From IMG/VR virus record IMGVR_UViG_3300006310_000773: a stretch of 64,000 nt of DNA, one strand, 5' to 3'. Both the position numbers and the translations under genes were made by a program. Each line of letters begins with the position of its first letter. Position 1 is the stretch's first letter. Below the pieces are notes generated by a model. It was not told the DNA's origin and did not search any database. It saw only the letters and a list, made by a program, of their open reading frames with translations. This DNA comes from a virus. Positions 10,051 through 19,874 of this stretch are shown in pieces.

Positions 10051-11014
10051 TTAAAACATTCTCAAATAATTTATTATAATTTTCTGCCATCGTTGTATGT
10101 GAAAATTTTTCAATTGCCCAATCTCTAATGTCTTCTGGTTTGTGTTTTAAATATGGTTTCTTTCTTAAACATTCTATCATATTTTTTACATCATTAAAAA
10201 TATAGCTAGAATCATAAACTACTTCAGATACTCCTCCTGATTGTAATCCAACAACAGGTACACCACAAAACTGAGCTTCTACTATAGATAATCCAAAAGG
10301 TTCATTAAAATTTGGTGAATAGGCAGTATGTATATAAACTTCTGCATCAGAAAAGAATTCACTTTTATCTTTTTCTGTTTGTAATTCTCCACACCATTCA
10401 ATTCTAGGATGTTTAAGTGTTCCGTGTGATCCCGCCGCTTTAATAAACCATCCCAATTCGTCTGCTATTTGTTGAACTAATTCTGGACTTTTTCTTCCAT
10501 CCAATGAACCCATCCAAACAATTTTATTGCCGCCCCTCCTCAATTTAAAATCATAAGGAACTATCCCATTATTAATCACATATTTATTTTTACTGTAATC
10601 ACCTGATCTAAATGTTTCGTGTGTCGCTTTATGACCTTGAGTAAGAAATACTTGATGTTCGCTTCCTGTTTTTTCTCCAACATCTCCGTTACAAACGGAA
10701 ACTCGTTTATAATTTGTACCTTCTAAATTCATAGGATCGGTATCTTCAGGAAATTGTACCAACATAATATCACCATCTGGAATATAATCTTTAACTTTTC
10801 TTTTTCCTTTTCTGAGATCCTGTAAAATATTTTCATCAAGTTTAATAACTTTTCCATTTGTATGAGAAATTGTAGATTCACTTCTACAAACCAATGTCAC
10901 TTCATGTTTGTTTAACTCACATTGACCGATAAATTGTGATTGTGATACTCTTTCCGTTCCACCATAACCTTGAACGGGTAATGGCAATCTTTCTTGAAAT
11001 ATCGTAAGTTTCAT
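10043..11014 (-). CDS. GT4 (GT-B) glycosyltransferase
   Basis: YGGTER, EPFGLSIVEAQFCGVPVV. Confidence 0.9.
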   Translation of the reverse strand: MKLTIFQERLPLPVQGYGGTERVSQSQFIGQCELNKHEVTLVCRSESTISHTNGKVIKLDENILQDLRKGKRKVKDYIPDGDIMLVQFPEDTDPMNLEGTNYKRVSVCNGDVGEKTGSEHQVFLTQGHKATHETFRSGDYSKNKYVINNGIVPYDFKLRRGGNKIVWMGSLDGRKSPELVQQIADELGWFIKAAGSHGTLKHPRIEWCGELQTEKDKSEFFSDAEVYIHTAYSPNFNEPFGLSIVEAQFCGVPVVGLQSGGVSEVVYDSSYIFNDVKNMIECLRKKPYLKHKPEDIRDWAIEKFSHTTMAENYNKLFENVLNE

Positions 11015-11610
11015 TTTTTTCCTTTTTTCATAGTAAATGCTAATTGTCTACCTTCATTGAAAATTATTTCTCTATTACTTCTTTGAACAAATTCTAAAAT
11101 ATATTTACCCTTACCTTCTCCACTTTCTTCTGTATCATCAATCACGATAAGGGATTCATCATCAAGAATATTCATACAACACATCATTTCATATAAATGA
11201 TGTAATCCGGACTCTAATTCTTTTCCTGGTATATAATCAAAGGAATCCAAATATAATAGGTCTGCACATATTTCTATCTCACCCAAAACCTCTAAACTGT
11301 CTCCGGTAAGTGCTGTAACTTTAGTAGTAGTACTTTCCTCAGTTAAGGTTGTACATTCTTCTCTATTATCTATTGAAATTACTTCACCATCATAATAATT
11401 TACAAATGAATCAAATAATCTAGTACTCTGACCATCCCCCCATTGATCCCATGCTCTCAAAGATCCAGTTTCGATTATTTGATAATATTTTCTATCCGTT
11501 CCTATCAAATATTCAAAAACTTTTCTAAATGTATTAGATCTTGCTAAAGTGGGTTCTTCATCTAAGAGGTTAGCAAATTCTTTATCATAAACTTTATCAA
11601 TCCAACTCAT
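11011..11610 (-). CDS. Class I SAM methyltransferase (Methyltransf_24-like)
   Basis: IIETGS, GDSLEVL, DLLYLDS, IVIDD. Confidence 0.7.
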   Translation of the reverse strand: MSWIDKVYDKEFANLLDEEPTLARSNTFRKVFEYLIGTDRKYYQIIETGSLRAWDQWGDGQSTRLFDSFVNYYDGEVISIDNREECTTLTEESTTTKVTALTGDSLEVLGEIEICADLLYLDSFDYIPGKELESGLHHLYEMMCCMNILDDESLIVIDDTEESGEGKGKYILEFVQRSNREIIFNEGRQLAFTMKKGKK

Positions 11611-11616
11611 AATTCC

Positions 11617-12261
11617 TCACTTCTTAATATATGAAATAGTTCCAGACGCTCCAGGACCTTTATTATTTTCAACATCAACAGTTGAATATCCTCTATTTAA
11701 AAGCATTGTTTGTATTTTAGAATGATCATACCATTCCCAATCATCAAATACCATAACTCCACCAGAAGGTATCTTATCTATAAAAAAATCTACTTCAACT
11801 TTCACTGGTTCATATTGATGTGGACCATCAAAAAAAACTAATTTATATTGATTTTCTATTCTTTTTTCTTCATCATATATCGGCACTCCATCAGAATATC
11901 TTTTAAAAAATTCCGTATCTTCCAATGGAAAATATAAAAATTCTAATTCATTTTCACAACACCATGCATACATATCTCTCAACATTTTTCGTTTCATTTT
12001 ATTATTGTAATCTAAACGAATCTTTTCATCTCCTTCAGTTGTCCATAATATATTACCAAAAGGATCAATACCAATATGTATACTTTTATCATCACATCTC
12101 TGCTTTTCTCTCATAATTTTATAACTAGATCCTCCAGCCCTTACTCCTATTTCACAAGTAAGTCCTGGCAATTCAGAAACTAATTTTACTGAATCTATTA
12201 AAACTTTATATTCTCCTCGATTATCTGTAGAATTATTTAATTTTTCGTTCCTTGTTGACAT
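11617..12261 (-). CDS. Class I SAM methyltransferase (TylF/Methyltransf_24-like)
   Basis: CEIGVRAGGS, FFDGPH, GGVMVFDD. Confidence 0.75.
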   Translation of the reverse strand: MSTRNEKLNNSTDNRGEYKVLIDSVKLVSELPGLTCEIGVRAGGSSYKIMREKQRCDDKSIHIGIDPFGNILWTTEGDEKIRLDYNNKMKRKMLRDMYAWCCENELEFLYFPLEDTEFFKRYSDGVPIYDEEKRIENQYKLVFFDGPHQYEPVKVEVDFFIDKIPSGGVMVFDDWEWYDHSKIQTMLLNRGYSTVDVENNKGPGASGTISYIKK

Positions 12262-12983
12262 GACTCTTTCTCAGGTTTTGGATATACATTGTTCTCAAAA
12301 TCCAATTCTTTTGTCGCAATATGTTTTCCTTTTTTATTTAATGGAATCCAGTATAAATATTTACCTTGATCAATATGTTCAGTCCATTCAATAGTTTTAA
12401 CTGTTTCCTTTTCACCAGCGAATGCCAAAATTCCAGGATCATCTTTAACTTCATCAAACATTTCTCCCAATTTCCCTTTAGAATAAGTTCCAAATCTAGT
12501 TGAAACGCTTCTGCGTGGAACAAATTCTCCATCAATTATTAAACCATCTTCTCCTGGTTGTCTATATGCATGATAATTCCAAGAACACGCCTGATAAATT
12601 CCTCCATGATGTTTTTGTGTAGCATCTGCATAAGAAATCGCAATATCATAACCACCTTTTCTCCTTAAAGCTTTGATAGTTTTTGATATAAGCCAACTAA
12701 GAGGTGCTTTAATACTTTCTTTCCTAACTAATCTAACAAGCTCAATAACATTAACTTTCTTCACTGACCATGTATTATTATTAGACAACGCAAAAAAACA
12801 TGCAGCAACAATTTCTCCTTTATCACCAAATAATCCACCATTTAAATGAAGACTTCCAACTAAAATTGGATTATTATGACATCTTCCAGAATAATGATAT
12901 TTTAAAACAAGATCTCTGGCGGGTTTTCTTTCACCCGTATAAAAGTGAAAATCAACTCCTTCATGATTTATACTGTTTGTCAT
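12237..12983 (-). CDS. Mom-like GNAT DNA-modification protein (copy 1)
   Basis: KYHYSG, ELVRLV, ISYADATQKHHGGIYQACSW. Confidence 0.75.
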   Translation of the reverse strand: MTNSINHEGVDFHFYTGERKPARDLVLKYHYSGRCHNNPILVGSLHLNGGLFGDKGEIVAACFFALSNNNTWSVKKVNVIELVRLVRKESIKAPLSWLISKTIKALRRKGGYDIAISYADATQKHHGGIYQACSWNYHAYRQPGEDGLIIDGEFVPRRSVSTRFGTYSKGKLGEMFDEVKDDPGILAFAGEKETVKTIEWTEHIDQGKYLYWIPLNKKGKHIATKELDFENNVYPKPEKESCQQGTKN

Positions 12984-12985
12984 AA

Positions 12986-13177
12986 TTAAATTTCAACAGC
13001 TCTAATAAATGTATGATCTGCATATTTTGTTTTATCACTCATATTACCTGAGGGATATGTAGTTATACCAAACACAATTTGTTTCGCTTCTGTTATAGTA
13101 TCTGCTTGAATTTCAGATTTAACAATTTGTCCTTCTGGTGATTCTATTACAACCATATATTTCATATCTTTCTCCAA
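12986..13177 (-). CDS. Small hypothetical protein
   Basis: ORF fits tight gene packing. Confidence 0.5.
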   Translation of the reverse strand: MEKDMKYMVVIESPEGQIVKSEIQADTITEAKQIVFGITTYPSGNMSDKTKYADHTFIRAVEI

Positions 13178-14169
13178 GAATTTAATTTAAGAGTGGCTAC
13201 TGGACCTTTAAATGTATTTTCATCTATAATTGATTTTATTTTTTCTTTTTTTATTCCAGATATTATTATATCATTAATATCTTTAAATTTCAAGTTAGAA
13301 GGCCAAATACATACAGAATTATTCTGAATTATTTGCTTCTCTAATTTTTTAACAATTTCATTATTTCTTGGTTCATTGTCATATACAATAACCTTATCTT
13401 TAATAAAAGACAAATCAGAAATATCTGATCCAGCCATTGCGATACAATTATCCAGAAACATAGAATCAATTGGACCCTCTACTACATATACATGTTTGTT
13501 AATATCAACTCTATCAAGTCCAAATATCTTTTTAAAATCTTCACTAATTTTAATTGTGATATATTTTAATTCTGATTGATCTAATGCTCTTCCTTGTGCG
13601 CCTATTAAATTTCCCTTTTTATCAAAAAATGGAATTACTAATCTAGAATCTTTTTCTTGTAATTCATATTTTGTTCCTTCTACAATACTATTTACCCATT
13701 GTTTAAAGTCATCAGTATAATATAATGAAGAATGAAAATTGAGAGGAACTTTCCTATTTAACACATATTGTTTAGCATAATGTTCAACAGGAAGAGATCT
13801 AATATTTGGTAATTTTATTTGATGTTTCTTCTTAAAGGAAGGTCGCTTGAATTCATATTTTGGTTTTTCTTTTGGTTTTGTATATCTATTTTCTCCATCT
13901 TTATAAACCTCAAGAACATACTGTTTATGTATATCTACACTTAAAAATTTTACAAGATTAGATACAGATCTACCATCACCACAATTATGACATTTATAGA
14001 ATAATGCATTTTGTTTTCTATAAACATATCCTCTAGCCTTAGCTTTATTCTTTTGAGAATCTCCACAAATAGGGCAGCGAAAATTCCAAAGATGTTCTCC
14101 CTTTTTCTTAAATGATCGTAAATGTGAAGAGGCTAGATTTAGATATTTGATATCAGTAAAAATACTCAT
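13162..14169 (-). CDS. gp61: T4-like DNA primase
   Basis: RCPICGDS..CHNC Zn ribbon, VVEGPIDSMF, YDNEPRN, KDIND. Confidence 0.95.
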   Translation of the reverse strand: MSIFTDIKYLNLASSHLRSFKKKGEHLWNFRCPICGDSQKNKAKARGYVYRKQNALFYKCHNCGDGRSVSNLVKFLSVDIHKQYVLEVYKDGENRYTKPKEKPKYEFKRPSFKKKHQIKLPNIRSLPVEHYAKQYVLNRKVPLNFHSSLYYTDDFKQWVNSIVEGTKYELQEKDSRLVIPFFDKKGNLIGAQGRALDQSELKYITIKISEDFKKIFGLDRVDINKHVYVVEGPIDSMFLDNCIAMAGSDISDLSFIKDKVIVYDNEPRNNEIVKKLEKQIIQNNSVCIWPSNLKFKDINDIIISGIKKEKIKSIIDENTFKGPVATLKLNSWRKI

Positions 14170-14198
14170 TAGTTTTTCCTTTAGAGAATATATTATTA

Positions 14199-14227
14199 AT
14201 TATACTCTCCAAAGGGGCAAATGTCAA
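14199..14227 (-). promoter_or_regulatory. Sigma70-type early promoter upstream of primase
   Basis: TTGACA-17 bp-TATAAT on the minus strand. Confidence 0.85.
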
Positions 14228-14234
14228 GTCTTTT

Positions 14235-14570
14235 CTATGCAGGGGATTTTTTTAAATCTGTGAATAATCTAAGAAGTTCAACGCCGCAATCCACTACACG
14301 TTCAACTTTTTCTTCAGCACCATCATCATCTAAATCAAATTTATCTTTAGCATATGCAACTAATTCAGATAGTTCATCATCATCCAAATCCATTATTTCT
14401 GGAATAACTTCATCAATTTCATTTAATGCTGGTTTTAATTTTTTTAATGGATCAAGAAAATATCTCGCATCTGACCAACTAAATTCATCATCATCTAAGG
14501 ATTTTTCCACCGCTTCTGATAATGAAAAAATGAAAGTCATTACCTCTTTGGTTTGTTCAATTCCTGCCAT
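14235..14570 (-). CDS. Acidic helical hypothetical protein
   Basis: ORF with AAGGA Shine-Dalgarno. Confidence 0.6.
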   Translation of the reverse strand: MAGIEQTKEVMTFIFSLSEAVEKSLDDDEFSWSDARYFLDPLKKLKPALNEIDEVIPEIMDLDDDELSELVAYAKDKFDLDDDGAEEKVERVVDCGVELLRLFTDLKKSPA

Positions 14571-14582
14571 AAATTCCTTTCT

Positions 14583-14894
14583 TTATTTAACTGCTTTTTC
14601 TACATCAATTGACCCAGTAGTAGGATCATATTTAATTTTAATATTTAATTCGATTGGCATTATCTTCCCATCCTTCATAGTAATGGGGAGCTTACCTTCT
14701 ACAGCACCTTTAAGTGCATCTTTTGCTGTCTTAAAAGCATGTGTGGGATCATCTTTAATTACTTTATCTAATTCTTTTTTTGCAGCATCTGGAATTATAG
14801 AATCAATCATTTTTTCAACATGTTCTGTTGCTAAATCTTGTGCTTTATCCATCACAAGTCCAGAAATTACATTAAATAGTAAGCCTGCTAACAT
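14583..14894 (-). CDS. Hypothetical protein
   Basis: ORF; start placed at ATG 14894 after AAGGA. Confidence 0.55.
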   Translation of the reverse strand: MLAGLLFNVISGLVMDKAQDLATEHVEKMIDSIIPDAAKKELDKVIKDDPTHAFKTAKDALKGAVEGKLPITMKDGKIMPIELNIKIKYDPTTGSIDVEKAVK

Positions 14895-15624
14895 CACGGT
14901 CCTTTCCATATCTTAAATATAACATCGCTCCGGTTCTTTCATCTTCAAGAACAATCGGATCTTTGTAATTTTTTAAACAATATTGTCTAATTTCTTCACC
15001 ATTATCAATTTCTCCTAATATCTTTCTGTATCTCGCATATTTCTTTTTTCCCAATCTCGCTCTCATAAATGTTGTAGTTGGGACTTTAAAGACTTTTGCT
15101 CCAGCAAATCTTCTTGACGGCCCAGGAGGATTAGTACCTAATCCCGCTTGTCCGGTTGTTACAACTGTCGGGCCATCTTCTGGAATTAATAATATTTGTA
15201 CTTCTTCTTCTTTTAAATATTGTGCCATTCCTTGCAATGAATCATAACATTCTTGAGAATTTATAAACTGTTTAAATTCTTCTTCAAAACTGTTTCTATG
15301 ATAATCAAAAGATGATGACTGTGGAAAACTTTCCTTAATAATTGTTTCTTCTTTCATAAGAAACAACGCAGCACCAATAGAAGCTATTTTACTTTTTCCA
15401 CCAGGAAGTTTTTGTAATAATTTTTTTAAATTGAATGCAATAGTATCCATTATCTTATAAGAATCACGTTCTTTAGAAGATAATTCTTTTCTCTTCCTCA
15501 AAACTTTACCGTTTTTATCGATGATTCCTAATTTGAAGGCTTCTGTTTTATTAAATGGTGTGGTCAATTTTTTTAAGAATTGATAAGCGAGATAATAATC
15601 TACTCCTGTAGTTATTGCAGACAT
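14872..15624 (-). CDS. Conserved T4-like phage hypothetical protein
   Basis: YQFLKKLTTPFNKTEAFKLGIIDKNGK pattern recognised from marine T4-like phages. Confidence 0.6.
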   Translation of the reverse strand: MSAITTGVDYYLAYQFLKKLTTPFNKTEAFKLGIIDKNGKVLRKRKELSSKERDSYKIMDTIAFNLKKLLQKLPGGKSKIASIGAALFLMKEETIIKESFPQSSSFDYHRNSFEEEFKQFINSQECYDSLQGMAQYLKEEEVQILLIPEDGPTVVTTGQAGLGTNPPGPSRRFAGAKVFKVPTTTFMRARLGKKKYARYRKILGEIDNGEEIRQYCLKNYKDPIVLEDERTGAMLYLRYGKDRDVSRLTI

Positions 15625-16016
15625 TATAGTTTCCTTAATTCTTGTATTACGTAATCATCCATAAAAATATCACTAGAGTATATATTCTTTCCTCTAATCC
15701 CCTCAATCCTATCTGGCATCATAGATAATGATACTAAAAATGGTTTTAATATTGGATAATATTCTTCATGAATTTTAAAAAATAATATCCTAGCAGCATC
15801 ACGTGCAGGAAAAACATTAGCAAAAACTATCAAATGATTTAAAATTAATCTAGATTTCAGTTCACCTGTTAATCTATAATGATTAAATAATCTTTTTATA
15901 TAAGTAGTTTTTTTCATATCCTCATGATATTCTGCTTCATCAATACATTGAGGATTATCATACACTTTCATTGCATATAAATTTATATTACCATCTGTTA
16001 TATCTGAAAATATCAT
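15624..16016 (-). CDS. Conserved T4-like phage hypothetical protein
   Basis: YDNPQC..YIKRLF..RLILNHLI pattern recognised from marine myoviruses. Confidence 0.65.
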   Translation of the reverse strand: MIFSDITDGNINLYAMKVYDNPQCIDEAEYHEDMKKTTYIKRLFNHYRLTGELKSRLILNHLIVFANVFPARDAARILFFKIHEEYYPILKPFLVSLSMMPDRIEGIRGKNIYSSDIFMDDYVIQELRKL

Positions 16017-16225
16017 TCTTCATTTGTTTGAGATTTTTCATCAAGAAGCATATTGATAACATTTAACGCACCGTTTGTCATGTGAATTTGATTCGTAAGA
16101 TTGGTATGCTCTTGGTTCAGAAGTTGAATTCTTTCCGCAAGAGCTTTATTATTTTGAATCAATTCTTCTCGTTTATTTTCAATCTCCTCAATAGAGACTG
16201 TTTTCGTGTCATTCTTTGTACCCAT
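16013..16225 (-). CDS. Small coiled-coil protein
   Basis: Heptad-rich ORF in tight gene array. Confidence 0.55.
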   Translation of the reverse strand: MGTKNDTKTVSIEEIENKREELIQNNKALAERIQLLNQEHTNLTNQIHMTNGALNVINMLLDEKSQTNEE

Positions 16226-16255
16226 AATATACCATAATCAAAAAAAGTTAAAAAA

Positions 16256-16549
16256 TTAATTATGACTGATGGTTGATCCTTGTGATACGACTTTCCAGTT
16301 TGTACCATCAAATACAGCCAAAGTCGCCGTACCGGCGTTCCCATCCGTCACCCATGCTACCTGTCCCGCAGTAGTATTTGTATATGCGGTAACATTTCCA
16401 GTATTGCTTGACGGAACTTTAAAAAAGTTCTGTATCGTGATCTTTTTATTACTTGGCGATGCTCCTGACGGATCATCGACAACCATAACTAGATCATCTT
16501 TAGTAGCCGCCGTCGCAGCAGTCAAGTCTGTTATTTTTTTATCAGCCAT
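16256..16549 (-). CDS. Putative virion fibre/decoration protein
   Basis: MADKKITDLTAAT N-terminus and AVFDGTNWK typical of phage fibre proteins. Confidence 0.55.
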   Translation of the reverse strand: MADKKITDLTAATAATKDDLVMVVDDPSGASPSNKKITIQNFFKVPSSNTGNVTAYTNTTAGQVAWVTDGNAGTATLAVFDGTNWKVVSQGSTISHN

Positions 16550-16567
16550 TATTTATTCTCCTATTTA

Positions 16568-16882
16568 TTAACTGTCAGCAAATGTTGCATCGTCTGCTGC
16601 ATCACCAGTAATTGAACCAGAAGCAACTAGAGTTTCATATTGAACTCTCGACCCCTTAGTAATTTTCTTTACCCAACCACCATGAGCAATTCCCATACCG
16701 GCAGCATTACCTACAGTTGTTTCTGTGGAATCTACACCAAAAATAGCGGCGGTATTTCCTGGTAATTGGTGTGCACCGTTATCATGATCGTGTACTACAA
16801 CAGAACTTGTAGTGTAATTTGTTGAATTAGCAATCCAGCGAGGCTTCGACCCCTCATTGTCGTCCATTGTCCATAAAGACAT
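16568..16882 (-). CDS. Putative virion structural protein
   Basis: MSLW..IFGVD..HGGWV..RVQYETLVA pattern of T4-like marine phage structural proteins. Confidence 0.55.
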   Translation of the reverse strand: MSLWTMDDNEGSKPRWIANSTNYTTSSVVVHDHDNGAHQLPGNTAAIFGVDSTETTVGNAAGMGIAHGGWVKKITKGSRVQYETLVASGSITGDAADDATFADS

Positions 16883-16901
16883 ATCTTTTCTCCTTTAATT
16901 A

Positions 16902-17105
16902 TTAAGAACCAAACTTATCTAAAAATCTTTGATAGGCTTGAGGCGATTTAAAACCAAGTTTTTGTGCTTTGCCGCCATCTGCACGAACTGTCTTTTTGAC
17001 TTCCTTTACAGCTTCTTTAACATGCTCTTTTACAGAATGTTCAGAGCTGCGTTCGTGTTTATCGTGTTCATGTTTATGATGATGTTTTTTACCATGTTCA
17101 GCCAT
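16902..17105 (-). CDS. His-rich small protein
   Basis: MAEHGKKHHHKHEHDKHERSSEH; GGAG SD. Confidence 0.55.
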   Translation of the reverse strand: MAEHGKKHHHKHEHDKHERSSEHSVKEHVKEAVKEVKKTVRADGGKAQKLGFKSPQAYQRFLDKFGS

Positions 17106-17119
17106 ATTAACTCCTTTAA

Positions 17120-18481
17120 TTATTCAGCTACTATTTTATAACCCATCTCCACATATTTAGGTATTTTATCCCTCATAACAAATACATATTCTTCTAATTC
17201 ATAATGTCCTACTGGTTTATCCATAAACATTAGAACATTAGCTCCCGGCCTAACCATTTTTTCTAATTGTTGTAATCTTTCATTTTCAAATTCTGACCAA
17301 TTATTTCCTTCCATCGCAGTAGGATCTTTTGCATCAACTTTATCTTTTAATGTTTTTATAACTTCTAATGGAGTAGATCTATGACCCACAAGATTTTCCA
17401 TTTCGTTTGCTTCTTCTACTGGTTCACCGTGTTTATTATGTTGAGCCCAAGCAAATGCATAAGCTTTGTCTGTTCCAACTTTCTTCTTTAGGGCTTTTAC
17501 TTGATGCTCTCTACCAGGAGGGGCTTCTTCATTTGAAAATTCTTCATATCCTGGATGACTAACCTTTTTAACCAATTTCTCTTTAGATTTAATTGCACGT
17601 TCTTTCCATTGTTTTTTAATTAATTCTCTGGTCGGTAAACCTTCTCTATAACTTCTTTCTTCTTTATAGCCCTGTTTTCTATTATGATCTTCAATATCAT
17701 TTGGATGTTGTATATTAATATTCTTTTCAACTTTTTTTTCTATATCTGGAAGATCATCTTTATTGGTGATTGTTTTAACATGCTTTTCAAACCGTTTCTT
17801 TCTTTTTGCTTTTAAATCTTCAATTAATTTTTTTCTATTGTGCGATTTTTGTTCGAGTTTAGGATTAACAGTCACTTTTTCCTTTTTCTTAGAAAGTTTC
17901 ATTTTTGGTTCTGGTTTTTCTTTTGGTGCTGGTGCTTCTTCCGGTTCAGGAGTTTGGTCTAGATCTCCATCATAATTTCCTTCTTCTTCACCTTCATAAT
18001 CCAATTCTTCTTCATCTTCTTCACCTCCCTCTTCATCTTCTTCTTCACCATTTTCGAATCCATGATGTTTCATTGAAGTTCGTAAATCATCGTGGTGTCC
18101 CGCCTTTTCATCATCTGGTAAAGTATCAAACATGGCTTTAGTAATATGATCTTTATCATGTTTAGGTGATTCTTCTTCACCTTCGCCGTCTCCTTCTTCT
18201 GCATCTAATCTGCTTTTTACTTCATCCTTTATTTCTGGACTCACTTTAGCGGTTTTTGCCCATTCATCAAATGTTTTACCTTTAGCAATAATCTTTAGTG
18301 CATCCATAACAGCGGCTTCATCTCCACCTGTCTTCTCTTTCTCAGGTGCCTCTTCAGTAACTTGTTGTTTCAACCAAGGAGGTCCACCGGTTATAGTCAA
18401 TGGTTGAACTTTAGCAGTTCCACTTACATTATTCCCACCAACTGTTAAAACTTGTACAATAGATTCATCTAAAGTTGACAT
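17120..18481 (-). CDS. Acidic/basic low-complexity protein, putative head internal protein
   Basis: Glu-rich tract; EEAPPGREHQVKALKK..AYAFAW module; many x-x-E sites. Confidence 0.5.
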   Translation of the reverse strand: MSTLDESIVQVLTVGGNNVSGTAKVQPLTITGGPPWLKQQVTEEAPEKEKTGGDEAAVMDALKIIAKGKTFDEWAKTAKVSPEIKDEVKSRLDAEEGDGEGEEESPKHDKDHITKAMFDTLPDDEKAGHHDDLRTSMKHHGFENGEEEDEEGGEEDEEELDYEGEEEGNYDGDLDQTPEPEEAPAPKEKPEPKMKLSKKKEKVTVNPKLEQKSHNRKKLIEDLKAKRKKRFEKHVKTITNKDDLPDIEKKVEKNINIQHPNDIEDHNRKQGYKEERSYREGLPTRELIKKQWKERAIKSKEKLVKKVSHPGYEEFSNEEAPPGREHQVKALKKKVGTDKAYAFAWAQHNKHGEPVEEANEMENLVGHRSTPLEVIKTLKDKVDAKDPTAMEGNNWSEFENERLQQLEKMVRPGANVLMFMDKPVGHYELEEYVFVMRDKIPKYVEMGYKIVAE

Positions 18482-18482
18482 A

Positions 18483-19874
18483 TTATTGTCCTATTCTAAT
18501 TGAATTATATTTTTGTGCTGATTTTAATGTTTTATTCGCATAATCTACTCTTGCTCCACCAACATTTACTTTTCTATCTGATATTAAAGCCTTATATTTT
18601 TTAGCATATTCTTTTTTTACTTTTGCTACTGGGCCTTCTTCTTGTGCTAATTCAACAGTTCCATATCCATCAACCTCTCCCGTAACATCTCTTTGCATTT
18701 TATACTTATATGTAGCATAAAGAAGTTTTTCTGCATCTTGTCCTGGAGTATCACCAGCATAAGATTTCACCATCTCAGGAGTTCCCCATTCCAACGGCCC
18801 ACGCGGATCTACATGTTGTCCAAATCTACCATTTTCTTGTGTGTCTGATGTATTCATTTTACCAGGATGTGGACCCCATGATAAAGATTCTAAAATTTGA
18901 TATAAAAATGGCCTGTTGAAAATATCCCCTTTTGTACAATTATAATCATGTTCTATATTTTCAAAAAGTTTATCTATTTTTTTCACAGAATTTTCTATAT
19001 TATCTTCTAATCCTTCTTTTCCGTGTTCAAACAATAACATATTACTAATTAATTTATCTGTTTCTTTCATCGCTTCAACAACATAAACATTATGCTTTGA
19101 TTGTGATAATATAATAGCTCTAAGTTCTTTGAAACATTCTTCAACTAAAGGCATATTTGAAAAATATTCTGTTTCATAATTTAAATAAACATATTCATTA
19201 TCCTTTTTTGGTCTATCAACAGTAAGTCTTTCAGGTCTAATTGGCCACTCTTTATCAAACATTGCCTCTCTTAAATTTAATCCCTTTCTAACATCCTTCA
19301 ACATTTTCATCGCGGATCTATCTGACATCGATTCCGGTAATCCTTTTTTAAATGATTCTATATCATTTTCTGATGCCGCTTTTCTCATTTTAGAAGCAGA
19401 CATTCCTGACACTCCTTCTGCATCTGGATCTCTTGTTCCTGCACTATGAACTTTAATGTAATCAAATTCATAATATCCATGTCTTGATTTTTTACCATTA
19501 TATTGTTCTAACAATTTTTTAAAATCTGCAACTCTATCACTTCCTACAACCATACATAAATTATCATACTGATCATTTAATTGTACTGCCGCCCCTAATG
19601 CATCTTTAATATTAATATCTCTGGAAAAAGTTTTAGCAAAATTAGGAAACATTTCCTTCATATATTTCATTTTTTGTTGATTAGTCAATGGATTCTTTTT
19701 AGAATCATGAGATTGACTTCCAAAAACATGTAATTCAGTATTATATCTTTTTGCTACATTACTTGCCCCTTCCAACAATCGACCATGCCCGGTTGTTGGT
19801 GGATTAAATCTACCAAAAACAAATACTCCTGTCTTACCTTTTGCTTCTTTTATGAGATTTTTATATGTTTTCAT
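18483..19874 (-). CDS. HIGH-superfamily (cytidylyltransferase/NMNAT-like) nucleotidyltransferase with C-terminal extension
   Basis: FGRFNPPTTGH, KNPL, VVGSDR, MSASKMR; N-terminus MKTYKNLIKE. Confidence 0.8.
   Translation of the reverse strand: MKTYKNLIKEAKGKTGVFVFGRFNPPTTGHGRLLEGASNVAKRYNTELHVFGSQSHDSKKNPLTNQQKMKYMKEMFPNFAKTFSRDINIKDALGAAVQLNDQYDNLCMVVGSDRVADFKKLLEQYNGKKSRHGYYEFDYIKVHSAGTRDPDAEGVSGMSASKMRKAASENDIESFKKGLPESMSDRSAMKMLKDVRKGLNLREAMFDKEWPIRPERLTVDRPKKDNEYVYLNYETEYFSNMPLVEECFKELRAIILSQSKHNVYVVEAMKETDKLISNMLLFEHGKEGLEDNIENSVKKIDKLFENIEHDYNCTKGDIFNRPFLYQILESLSWGPHPGKMNTSDTQENGRFGQHVDPRGPLEWGTPEMVKSYAGDTPGQDAEKLLYATYKYKMQRDVTGEVDGYGTVELAQEEGPVAKVKKEYAKKYKALISDRKVNVGGARVDYANKTLKSAQKYNSIRIGQ

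Noticed and set aside
14221-14916. 231-aa plus-strand ORF and other plus-strand ORFs (e.g. 20135..20641, 24237..24614, 47405..47785, 59440..59832)
   Set aside because: Antisense shadows of well-supported minus-strand genes; Ser/Phe/Ile-rich with no motifs
17940-18200. TCT/TCA-rich repetitive DNA (also ~47960..48130)
   Set aside because: Codon repetition from Glu/Asp-rich linkers, not a CRISPR or tandem-repeat element
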